Assembly: GCF_001457595.1 (NCBI RefSeq)
Contig: NZ_LN831039.1
Location: forward strand, 3,540,001-3,572,000
Direction: 5' to 3'
Length of the DNA stretch: 32,000 nucleotides
DNA from: Mycolicibacterium smegmatis
GTDB taxonomy: Bacteria > Actinomycetota > Actinomycetes > Mycobacteriales > Mycobacteriaceae
The position numbers and the translations under genes are program-made. Shown here one piece after another: positions 1-7,839 of this stretch (the first letter of the stretch is position 1; every line of letters begins with the position of its first letter). The notes beneath the pieces were generated by a model, which was given only the letters and a program-made list of their open reading frames with translations, ran no database searches and was not told the DNA's origin.

Positions 1-1
1 A

Positions 2-172
2 CTCGGCCACCGCGGATATACCGCCGTGACGGGTGGCGCCCAGGACTGCCCGTACACCTTCATGCAGGACCTGGTGGCCAGGACTTACCGGTTGCCATGG
101 GAGGACGAGGTGCGGCACGTGGACGGCACGGGAGCGGGCTGGGGCGCGCCGGAGACCGTGCGGGCGAAGTAG
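2..172 (+). CDS. 3' end of an upstream gene (partial, product unknown)
   Basis: Frame open from the window edge: ...GGAQDCPYTFMQDLVARTYRLPWEDEVRHVDGTGAGWGAPETVRAK, TAG at 170-172. Strong G/C bias at third codon positions. No start in window. Confidence 0.35.
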   Translation, partial: LGHRGYTAVTGGAQDCPYTFMQDLVARTYRLPWEDEVRHVDGTGAGWGAPETVRAK

Positions 173-244
173 GCTCGTGCGCCTGACTCCGTGTGAATCT
201 GCGCGCGGTCCGGGTTTGTCGGACCCTTCTGCGATGATGGGGTC

Positions 245-1483
245 ATGACGTCGGCAGCGACTTCTCCTGCTGCTCAACCAACTCCGGTTGAGCGGTTGGA
301 GGTGCTGTTCGATGCGTTGGCGGAGTTGACGGGTCAGCGTAATGCGATCGACGCGAAGATTGTGCAGATCGTGGCCGAGATCGATCGTGACGGGTTGTGG
401 GGCGCCACGGGTGCCCGGTCGATTTCGGCGTTGGTGGCGTGGAAGACCGGAGCCTCGGAACGTAACGCCAAGGCGATCGCCGCGGTCGCACACCGCGCCG
501 AGGAGTTTCCGCGGTGTGTGCAGGGTTTGGGTGAGGGGCGGCTGTCGTTGGATCAGGTCGGGGTGATCGCCGAGGGCGCAGCCGACGGATCCGATGAGCA
601 TTACGCCGCATTGGCGTCGGTGGCCACGGTCAGCCAGTTGCGCAAAGCGATCAGCCTCGAACCCAAACCGGAACCCGAACCGAAACCTGAACCGCGGCGG
701 TCGATCAGAACGAATCCGGGCGACGGGTACACGACGTACCACATCACGTTGCCGCGGTCGGAGGCGGCGAAGTTCGACACCGCGCTGGAGGCCAGCCACG
801 AGGGGTTGATCGCCCGGTGGGAACGTGAGCAGGATCCCGGTGACCCGGCGGTGCCTATGCCCGATCATGTGGATGCGTTCATGGCTCTGGTCGAGACCGG
901 CTGGGACCGCGAGGCCACCCGGCGCCCGCACGGTCAGCACACCGCGGTGGCGGTGCACGTGGATCTGAAGAGCAAGGTGGCCGCCCTGCATCTGGGGCCG
1001 CTACTCGGCGATGACGAGCGCCGCTTGCTGACCTGTGATGCGACTTGTGAGGTGTGGTTCGAACTCCGGGGCCGGGTGATCGGCACCGGGCGGGCCACCC
1101 GCACGGTCAACCGCCGGCTGCGCCGCGCCCTGGAGCATCGCGACCGGTGTTGTGTGGTGCCCGGATGCAGCGCAACCCGCGGTCTGCACGCCCACCACCT
1201 GGTTCACTGGGAAGACGGCGGACTGACCGAGATGGCCAATCTTGTGCTGCTGTGCCCCTATCACCACCGCGCGCATCATCGGGGCCTGATCACCATCACC
1301 GGACCGGCCGATCAGCTCACCGTCACCGACGACAGAGGCCGCTTGTTGACCAACCAGTCGCTGGCCCGCACCCCCACCACGCCACCGCCGACAGTCCCAC
1401 CGTGTCCGGGCCCGCTCGGCGAACGCGCCCAATGGTGGTGGTACCAACCCTTCGGACCCCAACCACCACCGTCAGCCAACTAG
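245..1483 (+). CDS. DUF222 domain / HNH endonuclease family protein (mycobacterial 13E12-repeat type)
   Basis: N-terminal DUF222-like region (LFDALAELTGQRNAIDAKIVQIVAEIDRDGLWGATGARS). C-terminal HNH motif CCVVPGCSATRGLHAHHLVHWEDGGLTEMANLVLLCPYHHRAHHRG. Pro-rich tail. Confidence 0.85.
   Translation: MTSAATSPAAQPTPVERLEVLFDALAELTGQRNAIDAKIVQIVAEIDRDGLWGATGARSISALVAWKTGASERNAKAIAAVAHRAEEFPRCVQGLGEGRLSLDQVGVIAEGAADGSDEHYAALASVATVSQLRKAISLEPKPEPEPKPEPRRSIRTNPGDGYTTYHITLPRSEAAKFDTALEASHEGLIARWEREQDPGDPAVPMPDHVDAFMALVETGWDREATRRPHGQHTAVAVHVDLKSKVAALHLGPLLGDDERRLLTCDATCEVWFELRGRVIGTGRATRTVNRRLRRALEHRDRCCVVPGCSATRGLHAHHLVHWEDGGLTEMANLVLLCPYHHRAHHRGLITITGPADQLTVTDDRGRLLTNQSLARTPTTPPPTVPPCPGPLGERAQWWWYQPFGPQPPPSAN
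659..694 (+). repeat. In-frame (E/K)-P hexanucleotide repeat, EPKPEPEPKPEP linker inside the DUF222/HNH gene
   Basis: gaa ccc aaa ccg gaa ccc gaa ccg aaa cct gaa ccg: six consecutive RAA-CCN units read directly from the sequence. Confidence 0.7.
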
Positions 1484-1596
1484 GTTGAGCGACGAGATGT
1501 CGCGCTCTCCTGACGCATCGGCGCGCCAGTCATCAGCCGTCGCGCCGCACTACGTGCACCGGCGGCCGGCATGACTGGTTGAGCGTCCGTCGGTGA

Positions 1597-3048
1597 TCAC
1601 GGGGCGCCACAATGTGTTTCCGCAACGTGCTTTTGCGCCCCTGCAGATGCGTGGCGTGCCCCCAGATCGGCGCGCTTCCGCGAAGACGATTCTCTCGACT
1701 CCCTCGACCTGATCAGAGTGCTTGCCGCAAAACCCGCAGCAATGTAAGCCGAGGCGATGACCGCTGCGACGACGGGGAGGCCGCTATCCCACGAAGCGTT
1801 GTACTCGACGATGAGCCCCACGATCGCAACACCGACCAGCACCCCCAACTGACGGTTGGCGTTCAAGATCGCGCCGGCGTGATTGGCGTGACGGTCGCCT
1901 GCGGCGGCGACCGTCGCGGCGGTCATGGACGCCGTGACAAGTCCCGCTCCACTGTTGGCGATCCCCAGCACGAGCGCGAGAAGCCAGTACGGCGTCTCCC
2001 GATCGACGCCGATCAGAAGCAGTGTCGCTACGCCGGCGACCGACAAACAGACACTCATGATGGCCGCGTTGCTGATTCGGTGGTGGATGCGGGTGTAGAG
2101 GATGTTGCCCAGTGGAAAACACATCGTCATCGGCAGCAGCTGCAGGCCCGCTTCCATCGGCGAAACATGGCGGGCGTTCTGGAAGAACAGTCCCATCGCG
2201 TACAGACAGCCGTACAAGGCCCCACTGTAGAGAAAGCCGACCGCGTTGACAGTGGAGAACACTCGACCACGGAAGAGATCCCAGGGCACAACGGGATTGA
2301 CGGTGCGCCGCTGCTGCACAAGGAGCACCCCTCCACTGATGACCACGACTGCTGCAACGATGACGCTGACCGGTGAACGGAAACCGCTGCTGTGCCCTTG
2401 GATGAGCAGGAAGGCCGCCGCCCCGACACCACCCAACATCGTCAGATGACCTACGGGCGAGACACGTTGTCGTGTTCCCGAAACCCTCGGGACGACCCTC
2501 AAAGTGAGTGCCATTCCGACGACTACGACGGGAATGTTGATCAAGAAGATGCTGCGCCACCCGAAAGAACCGATCAGAACGCCGCCGAGGGAAGGGCCGA
2601 TCGCCGCGGCAGTCGCCACCATCGCGGACCACAGGCCCAACATCCGGGCGCGGCGCGACGGTTCGGTGAACTGGGCGATCAGCAGTGACAGTGAGCTGGG
2701 CATGAACATGGCCGCACCGATGCCCTGTACTGCACGGGCGCCGATGAGAAATACCGGCGAAGGTGCCACCGCACATCCCAAGGACGCTGCGAAAAACACC
2801 CCCATGCCCAGCATGTAGAGCCGTCGGCTGCCGAAGGAGGTCGCCAAGCTGCCACCCAGGAGCAACAGAGACGCGTATGTCAGCACATATGCGTCGACAA
2901 TCCAGGTCAGCATCGCCGTGGTGCTGCCGAAGCTCTCGCCGATGGACACCGTTGTGACGTTGACGACCGTCGAATCGATCGACGCCATGATGAATCCCGA
3001 AGCCAGAGCGGCCAGTACAAGGACAGGGCGGCGAGCGGCTGACTTCAC
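1597..3048 (-). CDS. MFS transporter, DHA2 (EmrB/QacA-like, about 14 TMS) drug:H+ antiporter family
   Basis: Highly hydrophobic multi-span protein with an MFS-like N-terminus (LAALASGFIMASIDSTVVNV). Start placed at GTG 3048 (VKSAARRP..., GGGG 5 nt upstream), not the ORF-track GTG 3114. The extra 22 codons have low GC3 and are occupied by a perfect 38-bp palindrome. Confidence 0.8.
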   Translation of the reverse strand: MKSAARRPVLVLAALASGFIMASIDSTVVNVTTVSIGESFGSTTAMLTWIVDAYVLTYASLLLLGGSLATSFGSRRLYMLGMGVFFAASLGCAVAPSPVFLIGARAVQGIGAAMFMPSSLSLLIAQFTEPSRRARMLGLWSAMVATAAAIGPSLGGVLIGSFGWRSIFLINIPVVVVGMALTLRVVPRVSGTRQRVSPVGHLTMLGGVGAAAFLLIQGHSSGFRSPVSVIVAAVVVISGGVLLVQQRRTVNPVVPWDLFRGRVFSTVNAVGFLYSGALYGCLYAMGLFFQNARHVSPMEAGLQLLPMTMCFPLGNILYTRIHHRISNAAIMSVCLSVAGVATLLLIGVDRETPYWLLALVLGIANSGAGLVTASMTAATVAAAGDRHANHAGAILNANRQLGVLVGVAIVGLIVEYNASWDSGLPVVAAVIASAYIAAGFAASTLIRSRESRESSSRKRADLGARHASAGAQKHVAETHCGAP

Positions 3049-3068
3049 GGGTACCCCTAAGCGGACGG

Positions 3069-3106
3069 CGACATTCCGCTTGGATGGTAGACCAAGCGGA
3101 ATGTCG
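3069..3106. promoter_or_regulatory. Perfect inverted repeat (15-bp arms, 8-bp spacer): candidate TetR operator in the MFS/TetR divergent promoter
   Basis: CGACATTCCGCTTGG-atggtaga-CCAAGCGGAATGTCG. The arms are exact reverse complements. It lies 21 nt from the MFS GTG (3048) and 27 nt from the TetR ATG (3133). Confidence 0.6.
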
Positions 3107-3132
3107 ACGTCCACTTAAGGTAATCTTGAGCC

Positions 3133-3726
3133 ATGACCGAGCCATCGCATGCCTTGAGACTGTTGCTCGGAACCCGTCCCCCGCGCGCAGATGCCGAACG
3201 GAACCTGAACTCGTTGCTGGCCGCGACGAAGCAGATCGTTCTCGACGGCGAACTCAACCCGTCAGCCGCGCAGATTGCCGACGCTGCGGGCGTGGGCGTC
3301 GGAACCCTGTACCGACGAACGCTCGGTAAAGAGACATTGCTGGCGGCGGCCGTGATCGATCTGCTCGATGAGGTCTGTGAGCGCGCCACCCTCGCAGCCA
3401 CAGGCGAATCGTGGTCGGCCTTCGAGCAGTTCGCCCTCGACTACCTACGCATTCGCAAGATCACGTGCTCGATCACTCACGCTTTGGAAGACGAGTTCGA
3501 CGGCGGGGTGGCCGACGCCAAAAAGCGGACACGGAAGGCCTTCGAGGTCCTCACGAGGCGACTGCACGAATCCGGGATCGTCGACCCCGATGTGGACGCT
3601 GCCGATCTGATGGTGCTGCTCGCCTCGATCGACGTCACGGAGGACACCCTCGGCCTGTCGCCCAACCCGAAACGGCGGCAACGGGTCGTCCAACGGATGC
3701 TTGCAGGTATCCGTACGGGACATTGA
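3133..3726 (+). CDS. TetR/AcrR family transcriptional regulator
   Basis: N-terminal HTH signature (AAQIADAAGVGVGTLYRRT). About 200 aa. Divergent from an MFS efflux gene. Confidence 0.85.
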   Translation: MTEPSHALRLLLGTRPPRADAERNLNSLLAATKQIVLDGELNPSAAQIADAAGVGVGTLYRRTLGKETLLAAAVIDLLDEVCERATLAATGESWSAFEQFALDYLRIRKITCSITHALEDEFDGGVADAKKRTRKAFEVLTRRLHESGIVDPDVDAADLMVLLASIDVTEDTLGLSPNPKRRQRVVQRMLAGIRTGH

Positions 3727-3732
3727 TCGACA

Positions 3733-4911
3733 TCATCGGACGGCGCATGCGGAAAGCACGGCGCTCAGACCTTCCTGCAGATCTTTGACGAAGAATTCGG
3801 GGACCTCCAGTGACGGAAAGTGCCCTCCGCGATCGGGCGAGTTCCACCGCACCATCTGCCGGTACCGCTCCTGCGCCCAGGGGCGCGGGGATTTCTCGAT
3901 GTCACGCGGGTACATGGTGATGGCAGATGGGACGTCGACCCGGAGTTCGGGGTCCAGGGAGTTGTGGCTTTCGTAGTAGATGCGCGCCGCCGACGCTCCG
4001 GTACGGGTCAGCCAGTACAGGGTGACGTCGTCGAGGATGCGATCTCGTGAGATGGCCTCGAACGGGCTGTCTTCGGTGTCCGACCAGTCGGCAAACTTGT
4101 CGAGGATCCAGGCGAGGAGCCCGACCGGTGAGTCCACGAGCGAATAGCCGATGGTTTGCGGTCGAGTGGCCTGTTGTTTGGCGTAGGCTGCGCGGCGGCC
4201 CCAGAAATCGTGGGTCTCCTCGGTCCACCTGCGCTGGGTTTCGGTCAGTCCGTCGGTGGACAGCCCTGGCGGCGCCTCGGCGAACGTCGAGTGGATTCCG
4301 AGGACGTGGTCGGGAAATCGGCCTCCGAGGACCGTGGTGATGTTGCCACCCCAGTCGCCGCCGTGGGCGAGGAACCTGTCATAGCCGAGCCTGTCCATGA
4401 GTTGCACCCAAGCGGCTGCGATCTTTTCGGTGCCCCAACCGGTGGTGGATGGCTTGTCGCTGTAACCGAACCCGGGTAGCGACGGCGCGACGACATGGAA
4501 CGCCGGAGCGGCTGGGTCCTCTGGATCCGCCAATTCGTCTATCACATCGACGAATTCGGCGACGCTGCCCGGCCACCCGTGCGTCATGATCAGCGGCGTG
4601 GCGTCAGTGCGCGTCGATCGCCGGTGTAGGAAGTGGATCCCTAAATTGTCGATGGTGGTGCGGAATTGGCCGATCTCGTTCAACCGCGCTTCGAACTTCC
4701 GCCAGTCGTACCTGGTGCGCCAGTAATGCGCCACCTCGACAAGGTCGGCGAGGGGAACACCCTGGTCCCATCGCCGTGGGTCCGGTCTGTCGCGGTAGAC
4801 GGTCTCGGTTTCGGGCAGGCGCGCCGCGGCGAGCCGCATGCGCAGATCATTCAGTTCGGCGTCGGTTTCGTGGATCACGAATTCGCGGATATCGACGTTC
4901 GGAGCGGCCAT
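3733..4911 (-). CDS. Epoxide hydrolase (alpha/beta hydrolase with N-terminal EHN domain)
   Basis: EHN-type N-terminus (IHETDAELNDLRMRLAAARLPE...WDQGVPLADLVEVAHYWRTRYDWRKFEARLN) and HGWPGS oxyanion-hole motif. Start moved to ATG 4911 (MAAPNVDIREF). The upstream 52 codons are Arg-rich and not protein-like. Confidence 0.85.
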   Translation of the reverse strand: MAAPNVDIREFVIHETDAELNDLRMRLAAARLPETETVYRDRPDPRRWDQGVPLADLVEVAHYWRTRYDWRKFEARLNEIGQFRTTIDNLGIHFLHRRSTRTDATPLIMTHGWPGSVAEFVDVIDELADPEDPAAPAFHVVAPSLPGFGYSDKPSTTGWGTEKIAAAWVQLMDRLGYDRFLAHGGDWGGNITTVLGGRFPDHVLGIHSTFAEAPPGLSTDGLTETQRRWTEETHDFWGRRAAYAKQQATRPQTIGYSLVDSPVGLLAWILDKFADWSDTEDSPFEAISRDRILDDVTLYWLTRTGASAARIYYESHNSLDPELRVDVPSAITMYPRDIEKSPRPWAQERYRQMVRWNSPDRGGHFPSLEVPEFFVKDLQEGLSAVLSACAVR

Positions 4912-4956
4912 GTGTCCGCGCACCCCCTCGGGTTGTCGGTCGACGGCCACAACACG

Positions 4957-4977
4957 AGAACCGCCTAAGCCGGTTCT
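4957..4977. promoter_or_regulatory. 7-N7-7 inverted repeat in the epoxide hydrolase / CGNR divergent intergenic region
   Basis: AGAACCG-cctaagc-CGGTTCT, perfect arms, in the 107-nt intergenic region. Confidence 0.3.
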
Positions 4978-5018
4978 ACCATCGTCCGCCCAGAGGGGCA
5001 ACCTGCTAAGGTGGTTCC

Positions 5019-5612
5019 GTGTCCGGCGAGTATCCCGAATTCCGCCTCGGCAGCGTGCTCGCGACAAGCTTCACCGCGACCCTGACCGAACGTCAGGGCG
5101 ATTCCGTCGAACGCATCCCCACCCCGCAACGTCTCGCCGATTGGTTGACCGTGAGCGGCCTCGCAGTCGATTCGTGTACGCCCGCCCAACTCGAACGTGC
5201 CAGGGAGCTGAGGGAATCCATTCATGCGGCTGCGACGGCCACTGCGAATGGAGATCCCGTTCCGGCCTCAGCCCGCCAGGTGATCAACGACTGCACCATG
5301 CAGGGCCGCGCGGCCGCGATCCTCACGGAGGACGGCAGACGGAAATGGCGCCTCAACTCGGTCGAAGATGCCCTCAGCGTGATTGCCGGCGATGCGATCG
5401 ACATCCTCGCGGGTGAACGCGATGGGAGGTTGGCTCTGTGCGCATCGCCGACCTGTCGCGCGGCGTTCTTCGACACCAGTCAGAGCCGTACCCGGAAATG
5501 GTGCGAGATGAACACATGCGGTAACCGCCAGAAGAAGGCTCGCTTCATCGCGAATCAGCGCAAGAACCGCAACTCGGAGCGGGGCCAGGTCAAAGGATCG
5601 AGTAGCAGGTAG
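5019..5612 (+). CDS. CGNR zinc-finger (ABATE + zf-CGNR) putative stress-responsive regulator
   Basis: C-terminal CASPTCRAAFFDTSQSRTRKWCEMNTCGNRQKKARF matches the CGNR zinc-finger signature. GTG start. Confidence 0.85.
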   Translation: MSGEYPEFRLGSVLATSFTATLTERQGDSVERIPTPQRLADWLTVSGLAVDSCTPAQLERARELRESIHAAATATANGDPVPASARQVINDCTMQGRAAAILTEDGRRKWRLNSVEDALSVIAGDAIDILAGERDGRLALCASPTCRAAFFDTSQSRTRKWCEMNTCGNRQKKARFIANQRKNRNSERGQVKGSSSR

Positions 5613-5732
5613 AAGCACGCTGTCCGCTGTGATCGCGGAGCACGGCTGCTCCCGACTCCCCTGCCGTGACCGGCGCCCAGCCGGCAGTTCCATCTGGCAG
5701 CAGATCTGGCGACGGTCTCATCCCGTGGGATC

Positions 5733-6686
5733 CTATGGAATCAGTACCACTTTGCCGAACACCCGCCCCGCCTCGAGTTCGGCGTGGGCCGAAGCGGCAT
5801 CGGCCAGCGGCAACTCGCAGTGGACAACCGGTGTGATCGCACCTCGGTCTGCGCCTGCGAACAGTTCGGTGCCCGCGGTGACGATGGCCGGGTTCTCGAC
5901 AGAGTTCAGGCTGAACGCCGAGAACGTCGGCGAACGGTGGAAGTTTTCGAGCAGCACTCGACCGAAATCTTCCGCAGGTGCACCGCCGACCCCACCACAC
6001 AGGATGTATCGGCCGTTCGGTTTGAGTTTGGCGACGTACGATCCCAGTTGCGGGCCGGCCACGGTGTCCACGATCAGATCGTAGGACCGCGAATCGGATT
6101 CGCCCGATGCGTGGCGATCGACGACGTGTTCGGCACCCAGCGCACGCAGCCGTTCGCCGCGAAGAGCCGATGACGTGGTCGCCGTGACATGCGCTCCGCG
6201 CGCGTTGCAGATCTGCACGGCCATGATGCCGATACCACCGCCGGCCCCGCGGACGTACACCGATTCTCCGGGGGCCGACCCCATCCGTTCGACCGCGATT
6301 TTGGCCACCAGCGCGTTCATCCCGAGCGCGACGGCAGAACGCGCGGAGACACCGTCGGGAAGCGGGATGAGCTGATCGGAGGACACCGCAACATATTCGG
6401 CGTATCCGCCACCCGTCATCGGCATTGCGAGAACCCGTCGACCGAGCCACCCCGCGTCCACGCCGTCGCCGAGTTCGCTCACCACGCCGGCGATTTCGAG
6501 TCCGGGAACGAAACCGGCCTCAGTGAAGGCGTGGTAGTGCCCCTCGCGCGCCATGACATCGACATATCCGACGCCGGAGGCCTCGATACTGATGAGCACT
6601 TCACCGGGAGCGGGTCGGGGGTCGGGAACTTCCGACAGTTCGAGAACATCGGGGCCACCGAACTGCTCGACAGATATTGCTTTCAC
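5733..6686 (-). CDS. Zinc-type alcohol dehydrogenase / NADPH:quinone oxidoreductase (MDR superfamily)
   Basis: MKAISVEQFGGPDVLELSEVPDPRPAPGEVLI... plus a Rossmann-type VRGAGGGIG motif. GTG start lies 3 nt downstream of the TetR stop, so it is probably co-transcribed. Confidence 0.85.
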   Translation of the reverse strand: MKAISVEQFGGPDVLELSEVPDPRPAPGEVLISIEASGVGYVDVMAREGHYHAFTEAGFVPGLEIAGVVSELGDGVDAGWLGRRVLAMPMTGGGYAEYVAVSSDQLIPLPDGVSARSAVALGMNALVAKIAVERMGSAPGESVYVRGAGGGIGIMAVQICNARGAHVTATTSSALRGERLRALGAEHVVDRHASGESDSRSYDLIVDTVAGPQLGSYVAKLKPNGRYILCGGVGGAPAEDFGRVLLENFHRSPTFSAFSLNSVENPAIVTAGTELFAGADRGAITPVVHCELPLADAASAHAELEAGRVFGKVVLIP

Positions 6687-6689
6687 TCT

Positions 6690-7271
6690 TCAGCTACTTT
6701 CTGTTGGGCCGGCGGCGATTCCGCGCAGCACGTAGTCGACGATGTGTTCGCTGAGCGCCGGATCCAGGTCTGCGTGCGCGAACAGGAATCGGTAGATCAC
6801 GGTCGCCGCCAAGAGGTCTTGGGCGAGCTCGAAGTCGAGATCGGCCCGCAACTCACCGCGTTCGACGCCGCGACGCAGGATTCGGTCGGCCCGTTCGCGG
6901 CGCGGACGCCACACCGAATCCAGGAACCGACGTCTCAGATCACCGTCGTCAGAGAGATCGACGACCAGGGCGGGCAGGATCCGGCCGAGCATGACATCGC
7001 CCATCGAGACGCGTAGCTCCTCGACCAGAACGATGAGGTCCGAACGCGTTGAACCGGTGTCCGGCACAGCCATCGACACGTTGTCCCGAGTCATCGCATC
7101 CACGACGACGTGCCTCAGTGACGGCCAACGCCGGCGGATCGCCGGCTTCGTGGTCCCTGCTCTCGCGGCGAGTGCCTCCATCGTCAGATTGCGGTACCCG
7201 ATCTCACCGCACAGTTGTCGCGTCGCGTCGACAACGGCCTCGGTGATGCTGTCATCGCGAGGTCGGGCCAT
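6690..7271 (-). CDS. TetR/AcrR family transcriptional regulator
   Basis: HTH region (TMEALAARAGTTKPAIRRRWPS). Start moved to ATG 7271 (MARPRDDSITEAVVDA). The longer ORF-track N-terminus is not protein-like. Confidence 0.8.
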   Translation of the reverse strand: MARPRDDSITEAVVDATRQLCGEIGYRNLTMEALAARAGTTKPAIRRRWPSLRHVVVDAMTRDNVSMAVPDTGSTRSDLIVLVEELRVSMGDVMLGRILPALVVDLSDDGDLRRRFLDSVWRPRRERADRILRRGVERGELRADLDFELAQDLLAATVIYRFLFAHADLDPALSEHIVDYVLRGIAAGPTESS

Positions 7272-7293
7272 GGCGCCCCCTTTCGATACCGCC

Positions 7294-7323
7294 GTTACAT
7301 TCCGTACCGCACCGGAACATAAC
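7294..7323. promoter_or_regulatory. Imperfect inverted repeat upstream of the TetR-oxidoreductase operon (candidate operator)
   Basis: GTTACATTCCG-taccgcac-CGGAACATAAC, 9 of 11 arm positions complementary. 23 nt upstream of the TetR ATG. Confidence 0.3.
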
Positions 7324-7398
7324 CACGGCACCCACGTGCCTATTCCCCGCCGTCCCATCCCCTTGCGGGCAAGCGCGACCGGCCTACACTGGCTCATC

Positions 7399-7836
7399 GT
7401 GCAAATCGTCGCCATCCACATCGCGCCCGGACGCAAGGTGCCGACTCGTTCGGTCCAGGAGGTCCGGGCCGAAGCGGGCAAGGGACTGGTCGGCGACCGT
7501 TATCACGGGGCCAAACACCGGCACGTCACCATCCAGTCACGTGAACTGCTGGATCACGCGGCGGCCGATCTCGGGCGCGATGTCGACTCCGGCGCCACCA
7601 GGCGCAACCTCACCGTCGACGCCGGTCCCCTGCCCACCAAGCCGGGTGCCCGGATCCGGATCGGCGACGTCGAACTCGAGGTGGTGCGTATCGCCGCTCC
7701 CTGCCGGCTTCTGGACGACTGGATCGCACCTGGTGCGGCACGCGCGATGCACAACCGCGGAGGCACCGTGTTCCGGTTGCTGACCTCGGGCCCGATTCGC
7801 GTCGGTGACGAGGTGGAAGTGCCTGTTGCCGGCTGA
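7399..7836 (+). CDS. MOSC domain-containing protein (stand-alone, about 145 aa)
   Basis: IVAIHIAPGRKVP...GLVGDRYHG...RHVTIQSRE...RRNLTV...IGDVELEVVRIAAPC is a MOSC beta-barrel pattern with the conserved Cys. Start inferred at GTG 7399. The ORF-track upstream part is antisense to the TetR gene. Confidence 0.7.
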   Translation: MQIVAIHIAPGRKVPTRSVQEVRAEAGKGLVGDRYHGAKHRHVTIQSRELLDHAAADLGRDVDSGATRRNLTVDAGPLPTKPGARIRIGDVELEVVRIAAPCRLLDDWIAPGAARAMHNRGGTVFRLLTSGPIRVGDEVEVPVAG

Positions 7837-7839
7837 TTT

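Noticed and set aside
1055-1075. tRNA-like GGTTCGAAC T-loop motif here and at about 21985-22000. Also a general scan for tRNA, rRNA and CRISPR arrays.
   Set aside because: The flanking bases do not form a T-stem or acceptor stem, and both motifs lie inside well-supported CDSs. No regularly spaced direct repeats were seen anywhere in the window.
286-1585. Three copies of the 9-mer GGTTGAGCG (286-294, 1483-1491, 1577-1585) around the DUF222/HNH gene, as possible element boundaries. Also an 8-bp inverted repeat, CCAGTCAT...ATGACTGG (1526-1578).
   Set aside because: Exact 9-mer repeats are expected by chance many times in 32 kb of biased composition. One copy is inside the coding sequence. There is no extended similarity around them.
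1784-3145. 453-aa ORF on the minus strand overlapping the MFS gene in another frame. Similar long ORFs: 5590-6450(-), 9325-10362(-), 12980-14014(+), 16764-17912(-), 18050-18781(-), 24353-25438(-), 25615-26487(-), 27291-28205(-), 30257-31687(+).
   Set aside because: All are Arg/Gly/Pro/Ser-rich and lack recognisable motifs. All lie opposite or out of frame to genes with clear family signatures. These are the classic shadow ORFs of high-GC DNA.
4912-5067. N-terminal extensions in the ORF track: epoxide hydrolase to 5067, TetR to 7481, SRPBCC to 13146, ferritin-like to 14038, SDR to 15945, MBL to 21176, FKBP to 28448, LysM-esterase to 31693.
   Set aside because: The extensions are Arg-rich and not protein-like. 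They overlap neighbouring genes or operators. Internal starts with Shine-Dalgarno sequences give canonical family N-termini.
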